Of a stretch of DNA of 64,000 nucleotides, positions 12,149-23,291 are shown one piece after another. Where the stretch lies: assembly GCA_964016885.1 (NCBI GenBank), contig OZ024740.1, positions 248,682,001-248,746,000 on the forward strand, given 5' to 3'. Below the pieces are notes generated by a model. That model did no database searches and was not told the origin of the DNA. It saw only the letters and a program-made list of their open reading frames with translations. A program made the position numbers and the translations under genes. Numbering within the stretch: position 1 is the first letter of the stretch; each line of letters opens with the position of its first letter. Origin of the DNA: Eledone cirrhosa. Lineage: Eukaryota.

Positions 12149-12767
12149 GTGAGTTTTTCTTCTTTTATTCACTTTATTGTGTGTACATGTGGGTGAGTGC
12201 ATAAGAGAACATGTGTGTGTATGTTAGTGTGTATGTGTGGCTTTGCATGTATGTGAATGCGTCTAAGTGTGTCTTTTTATTGTCTGTGGTTATGTGTGTA
12301 CATGCATGTGTATATATGTGTGTGTGTGAGAGAGAGAAAGGGAGAGAGGTAGAGAGAATGAGATAGAGAGAGAGAGTATGCATGTGTTTATATCTATGTC
12401 TATCTGTATCTGTGTGTGAGAGAGAGTGTGTGACTGTGTATGTGTGTCTGTGGTTTTCTCCATGTGTGTGTTTGTATGAGTAACATGTCACCCAGTTTAA
12501 CACCACACCATATATCGAACATATCCATTGTATACTTTTACTGGAGTTCACTTTCAACTGCAAGCATTTGGATCACGTCTCTGGTCTGAGAACAGCTCAA
12601 TATTTTGATATGTTGCTTATTACAATTACCCATGAGTTGTGGTTTCTTTCTTCCTACCTTTCCACCAGTCTCTGAAACTGCATAAAGGTCCTGAACACTA
12701 ACTACACTGCCTCTCCTGATTAGGCCTTAGAAATTAAAAAAAAAAAAAAATTTAAACCGTGATTTAA

Positions 12768-13013
12768 CTCTTCTGATACCAAACCACATGAAACCACCCC
12801 TGGTTCTATGATACAGTACCGTTTATTTTAAAGTGATTATATTTATCTACAAACCTTTATCATTTTATGTAAGAAGCTTTCTTAAATTATATTTTTAAAA
12901 TAGCTTAATAATGAGAAAATTAATTATATTACTAAATCCTCCAAATTCTTGATTATTTTCAAAGTCATTAATCACATGTTGTGTCTTTCATTAGAAATAT
13001 GGTGATGAAAGGA
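12768..13013. mobile_element. Degenerate TTAA-flanked MITE
   Basis: TTAA at 12764-12767 and 13014-13017 with imperfect TIRs (CTCTTCTGATACCA / TGGTGATGAAAGGA). Confidence 0.4.
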
Positions 13014-13898
13014 TTAAATTTCAAGTGCAAAAATGGAAATAAACTAAAGTGCCCTGGATTGGCCGAATTGTTAAAACATTGAATGAAATACCTTGCAGTA
13101 TTTTTTTAGATCTTCATGTTCTAAGTTGACTTGTGACAAAATCTATGCAAAGCAGTATTGACCCTTGTCTTTCCCTTGGGTAACATTGGTGCCATAGAGA
13201 GGGGAAGATTTGCATGCATGTTTAGCGATCATCAATAAAAAATAATTTCTAAATACCCAAAACTGTGTCAAAAATGAAAAAATACAATTAAGCCAAACTT
13301 AGGTTTAAACCTTAAATTTAGCAATGAATTGTGTCCTTGAACAAGGCACTTCATTTCACATTGCTCCAGTCAACTCAGCTGGGTGTTAACTTTGTGAAAG
13401 ACTGGTTTCTCATCCAAAGAGGAATCCTGTACTCTCTGTCTCTTCGCATCTCATAAAACCAGGATAACCTCTTGTCTGATGAGTCTTTTGGCTGGACAGA
13501 CTTCAATTTTGCTTTATTAATCTCAAATAAAGAAGGAAACATTGAACCATGTTGTTCCTTATATAAGAAATGGGATGGTTACTATTTTGATGAAAGGTAT
13601 GTTCTATCAGGGCTGACCAAGGGTAAACCAATAACAACAACACTAGGGTATTGGGTTTACCTATATTTCACTGGCATTTTGCAGTGTTGCACAAAATGCA
13701 TTGTAGTATTCATTCTAGTTCTTTATGTTCTGAGGTGAAATCCTGCCAATGTCAACTTTGCCTTTTATCTTTTCAAAATCAATGACATAAAGTATCAATC
13801 AAGTACTCAGGTTGATTCAATTGATTAACACTTCCCCACAAATTTCTGGTCATGTGTCTAAATGAGAAACTAATATTTTTGTTTTTGTTTCTTTGCAG

Positions 13899-14082
13899 AA
13901 TAAAAATAATGCTTTGAGAAAATTTCCTTTAAAGATATTTCTGTCATCAGAAGAGAAATATGAAATGAAGGAAGATGTATTTCAGATTGAAACCCAAGGC
14001 TGGGCAAGCCATGTCTTCAGTTCTTGGTCAACGTGGTACAAAAACAAAACAAAACGATCACAACGGAAACAACATATCCCTT
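13899..14082 (+). CDS. LRRC42: Next internal exon (184 bp, phase 0 to 1) of the LRRC42-like gene
   Basis: T-rich tract plus TTTGCAG acceptor and GTAAGT donor; phase-compatible with the 12060 exon; IETQGWASHVFSSW resembles recalled LRRC42 CKTEGWADQIVLQW. Confidence 0.75.
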
Positions 14083-14113
14083 GTAAGTAATTTACCTCAC
14101 CTTATTTAAAAAA

Positions 14114-14657
14114 TACTATATATACTCATGTAGAAGTCGAATTTTTTAAGATTCAATTTGACAAGTGGAGAGATGCTGTGCTGAATAGGACCTATCCCAC
14201 CCTTGCAAGCAGGGAAAAGTGGACGTAAAATGATGATGATGAATCCAAAGTACCGTATCAGTAGCAGAAGCCCAACTAAATGAATAAAAACAAAAACACA
14301 TTGAATTACTGTAATTACCGATTCTATACATCAAAACACACATCCTAGTGAATAACAAAATACATAAACAAGGTTGTGAAGCTCTTATAAATATTTACAT
14401 TTGTTTTTTACTCGTATCCATCAAACTTAACAGACTAGCATAGTGCAATCAATTTATATCTCATAATTACTCTATATTACGATGGTTAATATATATACTG
14501 GTATGCCACTACCTTGACCCACAAATGTTGACCTGTTATAGGTGAAACACTAGGGTCGACTTTTATATGAGGTCTATGGAAAATTCCATAAATTTTTTGC
14601 CAAAAATAGGGGGTCAACCTTTACATGAGATCAACTATTACTTGAGTATATATGGTA
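14114..14657. mobile_element. Tc1/mariner-pogo-type MITE with TA ends
   Basis: 27-bp terminal inverted repeats TACTATATATACTCATGTAGAAGTCGA / TCAACTATTACTTGAGTATATATGGTA (22/27 match); a SINE 3' fragment is nested near 14190-14245. Confidence 0.65.
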
Positions 14658-14674
14658 ATTTATACATGCATTGT

Positions 14675-15042
14675 TGTGTAATTAGGAAATTTGCTTTGCA
14701 ACCACAGGGTTTAGGGTTTGATTCCCTGTCTGTCTCTGTGCATCTTCTCTATCTCTGTGAAGATGATTGGTATATATCATAGTTAAAAATCAAATATGGG
14801 TTAGTTTCGAGAAGGGCATCCAGCTTGAGAAATTCTGCTTAAAAAAAGAATCTTTGTCTAACTCATGCCAGCATGGACAAACAAATATAAAATTAATGAT
14901 GGCAGTGATGGTGATGATGATGATGGTTTGGTAATGATGATGATTATGATGGTGGTGGTTGTGGTGGTGGTGGTGGTGGTGGTGGTGATGGTCGTCGTCA
15001 TCGTCATCGTCGTCGTAGTCGTCGTAGTCGTGGTGATGATGA
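14675..15042 (+). mobile_element. Degenerate SINE with RTE-like end and expanded (GAT/GGT/CGT)n tail
   Basis: GGTTTGATTCCC B-box-like motif, AAGGGCATCCAGC and CATGCCAGCATGGA shared with 131-480. Confidence 0.5.
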
Positions 15043-15435
15043 TTTCTTTCTTTTCTTTATTGACAGATACCAAGAAAAAAACAAAAAACAAATGCAAAGG
15101 AAATTTCCAATTGATACTAATTAAATAAACAGGTTGGAATATAAGAATAGTAAAGAAAAATGAAGTTGTTACTGATGAAGTGGGTGGATATAGTGGTGAT
15201 GATGGTTATGGTTGTAATGGTATAGAGATGATGATGAGGCGGAAAATGATAAGGATGATAGTGGTGTTGGGGTGATGATAGGGATGCTAGTGAGGATGGT
15301 GGGAGTGTTATTTAGCCCCAGAGCAGCCCTAATTGAGCAAATCTGTAGAGAATGGCACTTCAGCTAGGATCATTCTATTTTCAAACACAGTGTATCATTG
15401 TTTAGATGGTAGGTTGTAATTTGAGGGTGAGTTGG

Positions 15436-18400
15436 CTGTGAGCGCCTGAAGACATTCCAGTCTCCAAGCGCTCCCTCTCGGTCTTCGCTTGACCCAGGAC
15501 TGCAGCTCCGTCAAGGAGACGAGCTGGGGAAAAACGTGTCTAGCAAACGGCGACCACACCTGATCACCGTCGAGGAAGAGGTGGAGATGTCGTAGCCTGA
15601 GCGCGTTTCTGCGCATCATCAGACACGGCATGCCCAGCCCTCCACGTAGCGGGTGTTGACAGCAGATGGACGCCTGACCATCGGAGCGCGTCCCTTCCAC
15701 AAAAAGCGAAAGAGCAAACGCTCCAGCGCAGTCAGGCGGGGCTTAGGACAAGGTACGACGGTCAGGCGGTAGTAGATGACGGACGCGATGTACGCGTTGG
15801 CCACGTCTGCTCGACCTTTCAGGGATAGCTTCCTCTCCGCTCATTTCTGGGTGAGAGAAGCCACCCTGCTCGTCACCTTGTCCCAGTTTTTGTCCGTCTG
15901 GAAGTCCGGACCGAAACAGACCCCTAGCAATTTAACCGGTCCGTCCGTCCAGCGCCCGACGACGCTGTTGGACGGCATGGACCTGCCTCTCCAGGTGCCG
16001 AGCTGCAGGCCCAGACTTTTCCTGGTTGATCATTTCTCCTGTCACCGCTTCGTATTCTCTTAGTGTATTGCCGATCGCCTCGATGTGTTTGGCGTTCGAC
16101 ACCACTACGGTGACATCGTCCGCATATGCTGGCCCGGATCTTCCGCATCCTAGTTCGCGCGGGACTCCCCTCAACGTCTCCAGTTTGTGCAGTAATGGCT
16201 CAAGAGTCAATACGTACAAAAGGGACGAGAGGGGACATCTTGGAAAACCCTCTCGTCCCTATACGATGTATCGCATGAGGTGGAGGTTGTCGTGGATGGA
16301 TCTGTCGGGAATGGCACATGTCTGCGCTTCTCCCACCAGACCACCAACGACAAGCGCCAACCTCTTTGCTAGCACCTTGGCCAAAATCTTGAACTTTGTG
16401 TTTGAACTCTGAGTTATGGGCCTAAAATTATCTGTTATCCCCCTTGTTCGGATCCTTTCTCAGCAGTGCCACCGCTCCTCGGCTCACAGAGCTGGGAATT
16501 CTCCCGTTCTGTTGCCAGTTGCAGTAGACGTCCGCCAAGAGGCCTCCGAACAAGTCTGGCATCTGTACGTAAAGTTCATAGGGCAGACCATCCAAACCAG
16601 GCGATTTACCCCTTGTGCAGCCAGTCATTGCCTCCCGTACTTCAGCGGTTGTTATCGGCTTTTCGCAACACTCCGCCTCAGTGGCCGAGAGCCGCGGCAG
16701 TCCGTCGAGGTAGACACTAAAGTCCATCCCTCGATCCGGCCCGCCGCTGCCCCAGAACAGCTGAGCGAAGTGTCGCTGAAAAGCTTCACACATTTGCCAG
16801 GGATCGAGTAGCATGCGCCCGTTGTGGTCCACCAAAGACCGGATCGTGGCTATATTGCCACGACGCGCCTCCGCCACTCGGGCCTATTGAACGGCTTTCG
16901 TCCCCTCGTGTCTGAGAGCACGCACCCTAGCTCTGACAACGCAGCCTTCGTGCTTTGCATTGAAGAATTGGTCAAGGGCCAATTTCGTCGGTCGCGATGT
17001 CTTTGCCAAGCGCCTCGTCTAATTTTCTAACTAGTTCTCCGTCTGCTCTATTTTTCTCTATTGCTAAAGCCTTACTAAACCTAATGGACTCTATTCTAAT
17101 TGCTCCTTTCAGAGCAAACCACCACTTGTTGTTGACGATGGCCCCCGTCAACGCCCGCTTAACTAGTTCGCTAATCCGGTCTCTGTAGGCCTTGCGCGCT
17201 GGTAAGGACGCGTTTAGCTTCCAGTAGCCGGGTCCTCGTCTATGAAGCCTATCTAAGTCAAGCACACAGATCACGAATTTGTGGTCCGTGTAGCTGACTA
17301 TCTTGAATTGTGGACAGCCTATGCTAGACCTATCTATTTCCCTACAAAATACTCTATCTAGATATGATCTGGATGACCCTATGTGATTTGTCCAAGTCCA
17401 TATTGGCACATTCGGGAAATCCAATCGGTACCTGTCAGACAGTTCAAAACGCCTGAGCAGGTTGGTGAGGCTCTTGCACCCTCCTCCCCTATCCGCTAAT
17501 CCCACACAGTCCCAGCGTGCATCTAAGATCCCGTTCCAGTCGCCCACTAACACTAAAGAGCGGGACGTTCCAAGAAATGTCTCCAGACGCCGGAAGAAAT
17601 CACACCGCCCTGCTCCTGTCGGGGCATAGACGGCCACTAGCCTGAAAGCTTGCCCGTCTCCGCTGGTCACGTCCAGCACCACCAACTTACCTTCTGGGTC
17701 CAGGAAGATGGCCCGTATGGCAAGATCCAAACCTCTCCGAAAAAGCACACGTAGCCGCCGAAGATCGGTGCGAAGGCCTGTGCTTCGGAGATTCTGGTCT
17801 CGCTGATGGCCACTACATCTATGTTTAGTGACCTGAGGTCGTTGAGCAGGTGGCCCTGCTTCCATGACGACCCCAAGCCACGCGCATTTATGCTGCCTAT
17901 TCTGAGTGAGGTCATGTTGAAATGGAGTGGGAAAGATGGGAAAGACCACTTACCGTACTTTTCGTAGAGGAAGGATGGTTTCTCTATCCCTTTTCACTTG
18001 ATCGTCTGGTGAAGGGACCGTTGAATCGTCCCTTCGGCTGGTCGTCGGCTCTTCTATGAGTATGTCCGAATATATTCTCCGGTTGAGAGTCCCTCCTAGG
18101 TCTCTGAAATCACCAACTGCGTTGGGGAATTTCGTTTTAATGTTTGTGTATTGTTTCTGTGCTATTTTTACCAGTCTTATGTTCGTTGGCGTTTTGATTG
18201 GTGCTGGTATTATGTAGTCGTGCTGTGAAATGTCTGTGTGTTCAATTATGTAAGTCATTAGTTTCTTGTTGTATGTATTTATTGCCGTGCATTTGTTTTT
18301 CTGGAGGTGGGGTGTGGTTCTGCTATTTTCTTGTCGTTGTTGCTGGGTGTGTGTGTTTTGTTGTTGTGTTTGCGATGTTGGTGCTTGTGGTGGTGGTGTT

Positions 18401-19483
18401 GAAGGTGTTTTTGTTGTTGGGGATGTTTGCAGTAGAGTCTCTGTTGCAGCTGCAGTTGGTATTACTGTTGTTGTTGTTAATACTTCCACTGCTGCTGCTG
18501 TTCTTGATTTCCGTGGCGTGGGTATGGGTGCCATGGACCTATCCTTCCTGGTTGCCGCCTGTCCTGTTGCTGGTAGCAGTGGAGCCGGTTCCGGAAGGAG
18601 GGGGGTTTTCTCCTTTCTCAGGGTCTTCTCGTTGCAGATGGCCCTGAGGTGAGTCTTCGATCCACAGCGAAAGCATTTCGGGCGTTTGCCCTCAACACTT
18701 ATGGGCTGTTGAGTGCCGTTATCGAAGTCTATCACATCCGGGATAGCTTCGATGCACTCCTTTGTTGGTTTGGATTAACATCTCAATGGAGGTGCCGGCC
18801 CAATCTTCTCTTACTCTTTTCTGTACTTGCAGTACAGTTGTTTTGTCCTCGATTCCGACGAGGACAGACGCGGCCAGCCAAGAAGGGACCATCCCGGGGG
18901 GGACGTGGGTCAGTTTGACCCTCACAATTTTTTGCCCGCAGTAGGAGGGCACCAACACCATTTCCTCGCTCCTTAGGGTCACTAAGGATTGAGCCTTTGC
19001 CTCCTGGGGTGTGGCAAAAAGCACGTCTACGGTGGCATATTTCTTGCCTCGGGTGATATGCGTTTTCCGCTGCCACACCGACCCTAAGGCTTTTTGTATT
19101 TGAGCCTCTGTGGCACTTACAACCCTACGGGATTTTGTGCTTACTGTACGGTACGTGACCGTACAGTGCTGTTGGGTTTCGAAAAGTTTTTCGGTTGCCT
19201 TGCAGATTGCTCGGTGTCCGGTCTTTGTCACCATCTTCTTCGCTTCCTGTAATTCCTCATTTGTTATAAGGATGATGTCCAGGTTCTTTGCGATACCTGC
19301 AAACGAGATTGGTTTTTCTTTTCTGCTGTTGTTGTTGTTGTTGTCGTCAGAGCTGCTGTTACTTTTGTTGTTGCTGGAGGTACTACGACTACTGCCGCCG
19401 TCGCTGTTGCTGTGGTTGTTGTTGTTGTTGCTGCTGCTGCTGCTGTTGTTGTTGCTGTTGCTGCTAATGCTGTTGTTGTTTAT
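15436..19483 (-). mobile_element. L1/Tx1 family L1-b, truncated at both ends with internal deletions
   Basis: Closely matches 42959-48970; ORF1 CFRCGSKTHLRAIC, APE (INARGL, VGDWN, TDH) and RT pieces; 5' end abuts (AAT)n. Confidence 0.92.
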
Positions 19484-19484
19484 A

Positions 19485-19548
<64 letters not shown>
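19484..19548 (+). repeat. (AAT)n tract, first of the array junction tracts
   Basis: Similar tracts at 23251-23289, 27976-28049, 30320-30366, 32969-33042, 38044-38060, 42908-42958, 48971-48997 and 53737-53758. Confidence 0.97.
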
Positions 19549-19550
<2 letters not shown>

Positions 19551-22500
19551 CTAAGTCAGACATTCGAACACTACATTACAATGAAACTTATGCTTATTCA
19601 TTTTTGGGGCCCTTTCTGCCTGTGTGTTTGTTTGTTTATGTGTGTTCGTATACAGCGTGGTGATAATACCACACAAGGGCCAAGTGGAATGGCGGATCCA
19701 TAGATGGATATGTAACCATACATTCGCCAATCCTCGATAAGAGTGTTTAAATATCGAACATAAACAGTTCGAATAACGGTGAAATGGAGACTAGAACGAC
19801 ATGTGACACACTCTCACCCAACAGGTGCCCCCTGGCTCAGCAGCAGGAACCTGACTGTCAACCAAATACTGCTGATGTTGGAGGAAGGAGAAGAAGGAAA
19901 GGGGCCAGAACCAACTGGACGAAAGAATTGAATAGAACTGTTATGCAATGTTACCTGAAAAGTAACCCCAAGGAGAGGGGCTACAGGAGACGGATGCATA
20001 ACATCTGGAACGAGATTGGTTTATTTAAATTAGATGAACAAAGATTGGCCGGGCAGGCTCGGGTAATAAGAACTAATGGATGAATAAGCGAGCTGGAACT
20101 GGAGGAACTGAGCAGAGAGAATGGCTTGGAGATGGCGGGTGTAGTATGCCAGACAAGCGAGCCAGTGGGAAATGAAGGTGAAGAGGTCCTGAGAGCGGAG
20201 GAACCACCCGAAGCAGACAATGATCTGAATACTGAGATAAATAATACCTGGAACAGAGATACGGCCACTGAGGAGATGAATGCTGACGGGCTAGGACAAG
20301 ATTCGGTTGACATCCTAAATTTAGTGGTAGATGAATTGAACAATGATAGTGGGAGACCTATGAACCTAAGATTTGTAGACAGGAAAAAGTTAAAAGAAAC
20401 AACAGCTAAGGTAAACAAAGTCATCCCATACCTTGAGGCGAGGAGCCTTCACCAGTGCAACAATATCCTCAAAGCAACAGCAAATACGGTGAGGAAACTA
20501 CTTGGTATAAAAGCGAGAGGAAACAACAGACAAGAAAGAGCAGAGCCGTGGTGGAAGAAGCGACTGAGTGGGCAAATCGGGGAAATGAGAAATGACATAG
20601 GAAAGCTTGAGTCACTACTGAATGGGACACTAAAAAACATAGGCACTAAAAATAGACTGGAAATAAAATACAAAACTAGGAGGAAAAAGCTAAATATTAT
20701 CATAGAGGAACTGAAGCAACGCATTGTAGCAAAGAGTGCAAAAATCAGGCGATACGAGAACAGAGTCAGTCAGTATAAACAGAACCGCATGTTCGACAAC
20801 AACCAGAAGATGCTGTTTGGACAGCTTGAGGGGAAAGAAAGAGGCAACGACTTGATCCCTGGGGCGGAGCAAACTAAAACATCCTGGAGAGGAATATGGG
20901 AGCAGGATGTTAGACACAATGCCCAGGCAGGGTGGATTGAGACAGTACAGAGGGAGATCGGTGAGCAGGCACAACAACAAACTGATTTGAGTATCACAGT
21001 TGAAACTCTTAAGGGGCAGGCCAAAAAACTAACCAACTGGAAATCACCAGGCCCAGATGGTGTGCAGGGGTATTGGATTAAACATTTAACATCCCTCCAC
21101 CCGAAGCTGACGGCCATGTTCAATGACTGCTTGGTGTCGGGTGAGGTGCCAGAGTGGTTGACAAAAGGTACCACAGTTCTGATAATGAAAGACCGAATCA
21201 AGGGTAATGATGTTACCAACTATAGACCTATCACATGTCTGCCCGTAATGTGGAAACTGTTGACGAGCATTGTGTCTGAGGAAATCTACCATCACCTCCA
21301 CACAAACAACTTGTTACCGGACGAACAGAAAGGATGCCGAAAGAAGTCACGTGGTACAAAGGACCAGTTACTTATTGATAAGATGGTAATGGGGAATTGC
21401 AGGAGGAGACACACTGATCTTGCCATGGGATGGATAGACTACAGAAAGGCATTTGACATGGTGCCTCATTCCTGGATCACCAAAAGCCTGGAGATCTTCA
21501 GGGTGGCAGATAACATCAGACAGTTGCTAGGCAGGAGTATGGGGTCCTGGGAGACAGAGTTGACATCAACTGGAGTATCCTTGAGAAGCGTGAAGATCAA
21601 GAGAGGTATCTTCCAGGGAGATAGCCTGTCCCCTCTGTTGTTTGTCCTTGCCCTGATGCCCTTGACCATTATGCTGCGAAAAGTGAGAGCAGGATACAAG
21701 TTGGGAAGGGGAGAGCTTACCATCAATCACCTCCTCTTCATGGACGATCTTAAGCTCTTCGGGAAAAGTGAGAAGGAGTTGGATGTGCTTGTTGACACTG
21801 TCCGTATTTTCAGCAGTGATATATGTATGCAGTTTGGTATTGGTAAATGTGGAGTCATTGTGATGAGGAGGGGTAGGTTGAGCAGAAGTAACGGGATCCA
21901 GATACCAACAGGTGAGATGATAAAGGAAATTGACTCTGAGGAAGGATACAAGTATTTGGGCGTTCTGGAGGCTGATGGCATAAAGAACAAAAAAATGAAG
22001 GAATTGTTAAGAACTGAATACATTCGGAGAGTAAGGAGCGTATTGAAGTCACATCTGAACAGCAGAAATGCCATAAGCGCAGTAAATTCCCGAGCTGTGT
22101 CTATTATTAGGTACAGTGCGGGAATTCTGAGATGGAATGTTGCTGAACAAAAAGAAATGGATAGGAAGACTAGGAAGCTATTGACTATCTACAACATGTT
22201 CCACAAGAGGAGTGATGTCGATAGACTCTACCTAAGGAGATCTGAGGGTGGAAGAGGTCTTATCAGCATAGAGGACTGTGTTCAGATGGAGAAAAACAAC
22301 CTATACAAATACGTGACCTATAGTAAGGAGCCAATGCTCAGAACAGTACTGAAGGAGGGGACAGTAGGCCAGGGGATGTCCAAGGAGGAAATAACATCAA
22401 GGAGGAAGAGCAGCCTTAAGGGAAAATCCCTTCATAGTACCTTCTTTGAGAAAACTGAATTTAGAGATCCACAGACATGGAACTGGTTGAGAAGAGGAGA

Positions 22501-23250
22501 CCTCAAAAAGGCTACAGAAGGAATGCTAATGGCTGCGCAGGAGCAGGCCCTCAAAACGAAGTGGTTGAAGCACCATATCTACAAGGAGGAGGCTAGCCCA
22601 CTGTGCAGGATCTGTGGAGAGAGAGAGGAGACTGTGGCTCACATTGTGTCCGAGTGTAAACACCTAGCCCAGACCCACTATAAGGGCTGGAGACACGATG
22701 TGATGGGCAGGGTGATCCACTGGCACCTGTGCAAAGTAAACAATTTACCACATTCTGAGAAATGGTATGAGCATAGGCCAGAGGCGGTGATGGAGAACAA
22801 TCAGGTGAAGGTGCTGTGGGATTTTAGGATACAGACGGACAAAAAACTGGAACACAATAGACCTGACCTGGTGGTTGTGGACAAAGAAAAAAGATCGTGT
22901 CTGATTGTGGATGTGGCCTGCCCGTTCGACACGAGAGTGCAAGAGAAGGAGAGGGAGAAAATTAACCGATACCAGGACCTAAAGTGGGAGGTGAAAAGGA
23001 TTTGGAACTGCCATGAAGTCAAAGTGATACCGATTGTCATAGGCGCACTGGGGACTATCTCCAAAAGTTTCCAGGGATGGTTAAAGAAAATCGGCCCCTT
23101 CACGCTTTTTGGAACGCTTCAAAAGGCATGCTTGCTTGGAACAGCAAGAACCCTCCGATACGTCCTGAATATCTGAGGCTGCAGGTAGTGGCTTGATATT
23201 CAATCCAACGGACTTTCCAGTTAACCAACATCAATGACTGAGATTCAAGG
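19549..23250 (+). mobile_element. R4/Dong-clade non-LTR retrotransposon, family A copy 1 (leader truncated)
   Basis: Single RT-RLE ORF, short 3' UTR, flanked by (AAT)n on both sides. Confidence 0.92.
19784..23176 (+). pseudogene. R4-A1 ORF (Myb-like N-terminus, RT, CCHC, restriction-like endonuclease) with one in-frame stop
   Basis: NWTKELN..CY, KSPGPDG, YRPITCL, DYRKAFD, GIFQGDSLSP, FMDDLKL, CRICGEREETVAHIVSEC, RHD, RPDL..D..K; TGA at 20081-20083 where A2 and A4 have TGG. Confidence 0.92.
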
Positions 23251-23291
23251 AATAAAAACAATAATAATAATAATAATAATAATAATAATCA

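Noticed and set aside
19721-19786. HDV-like ribozyme suggested by TCCTCG and CGAA
   Set aside because: No room for the P3', P1' and P1.1 GG elements between TCCTCG and the next hairpin, so the topology does not fit.
19981-23103. Recurrent antisense ORFs inside the R4 and L1 copies
   Set aside because: Shadows of the sense ORFs, repeated only because the copies are near-identical; no recognisable motifs.
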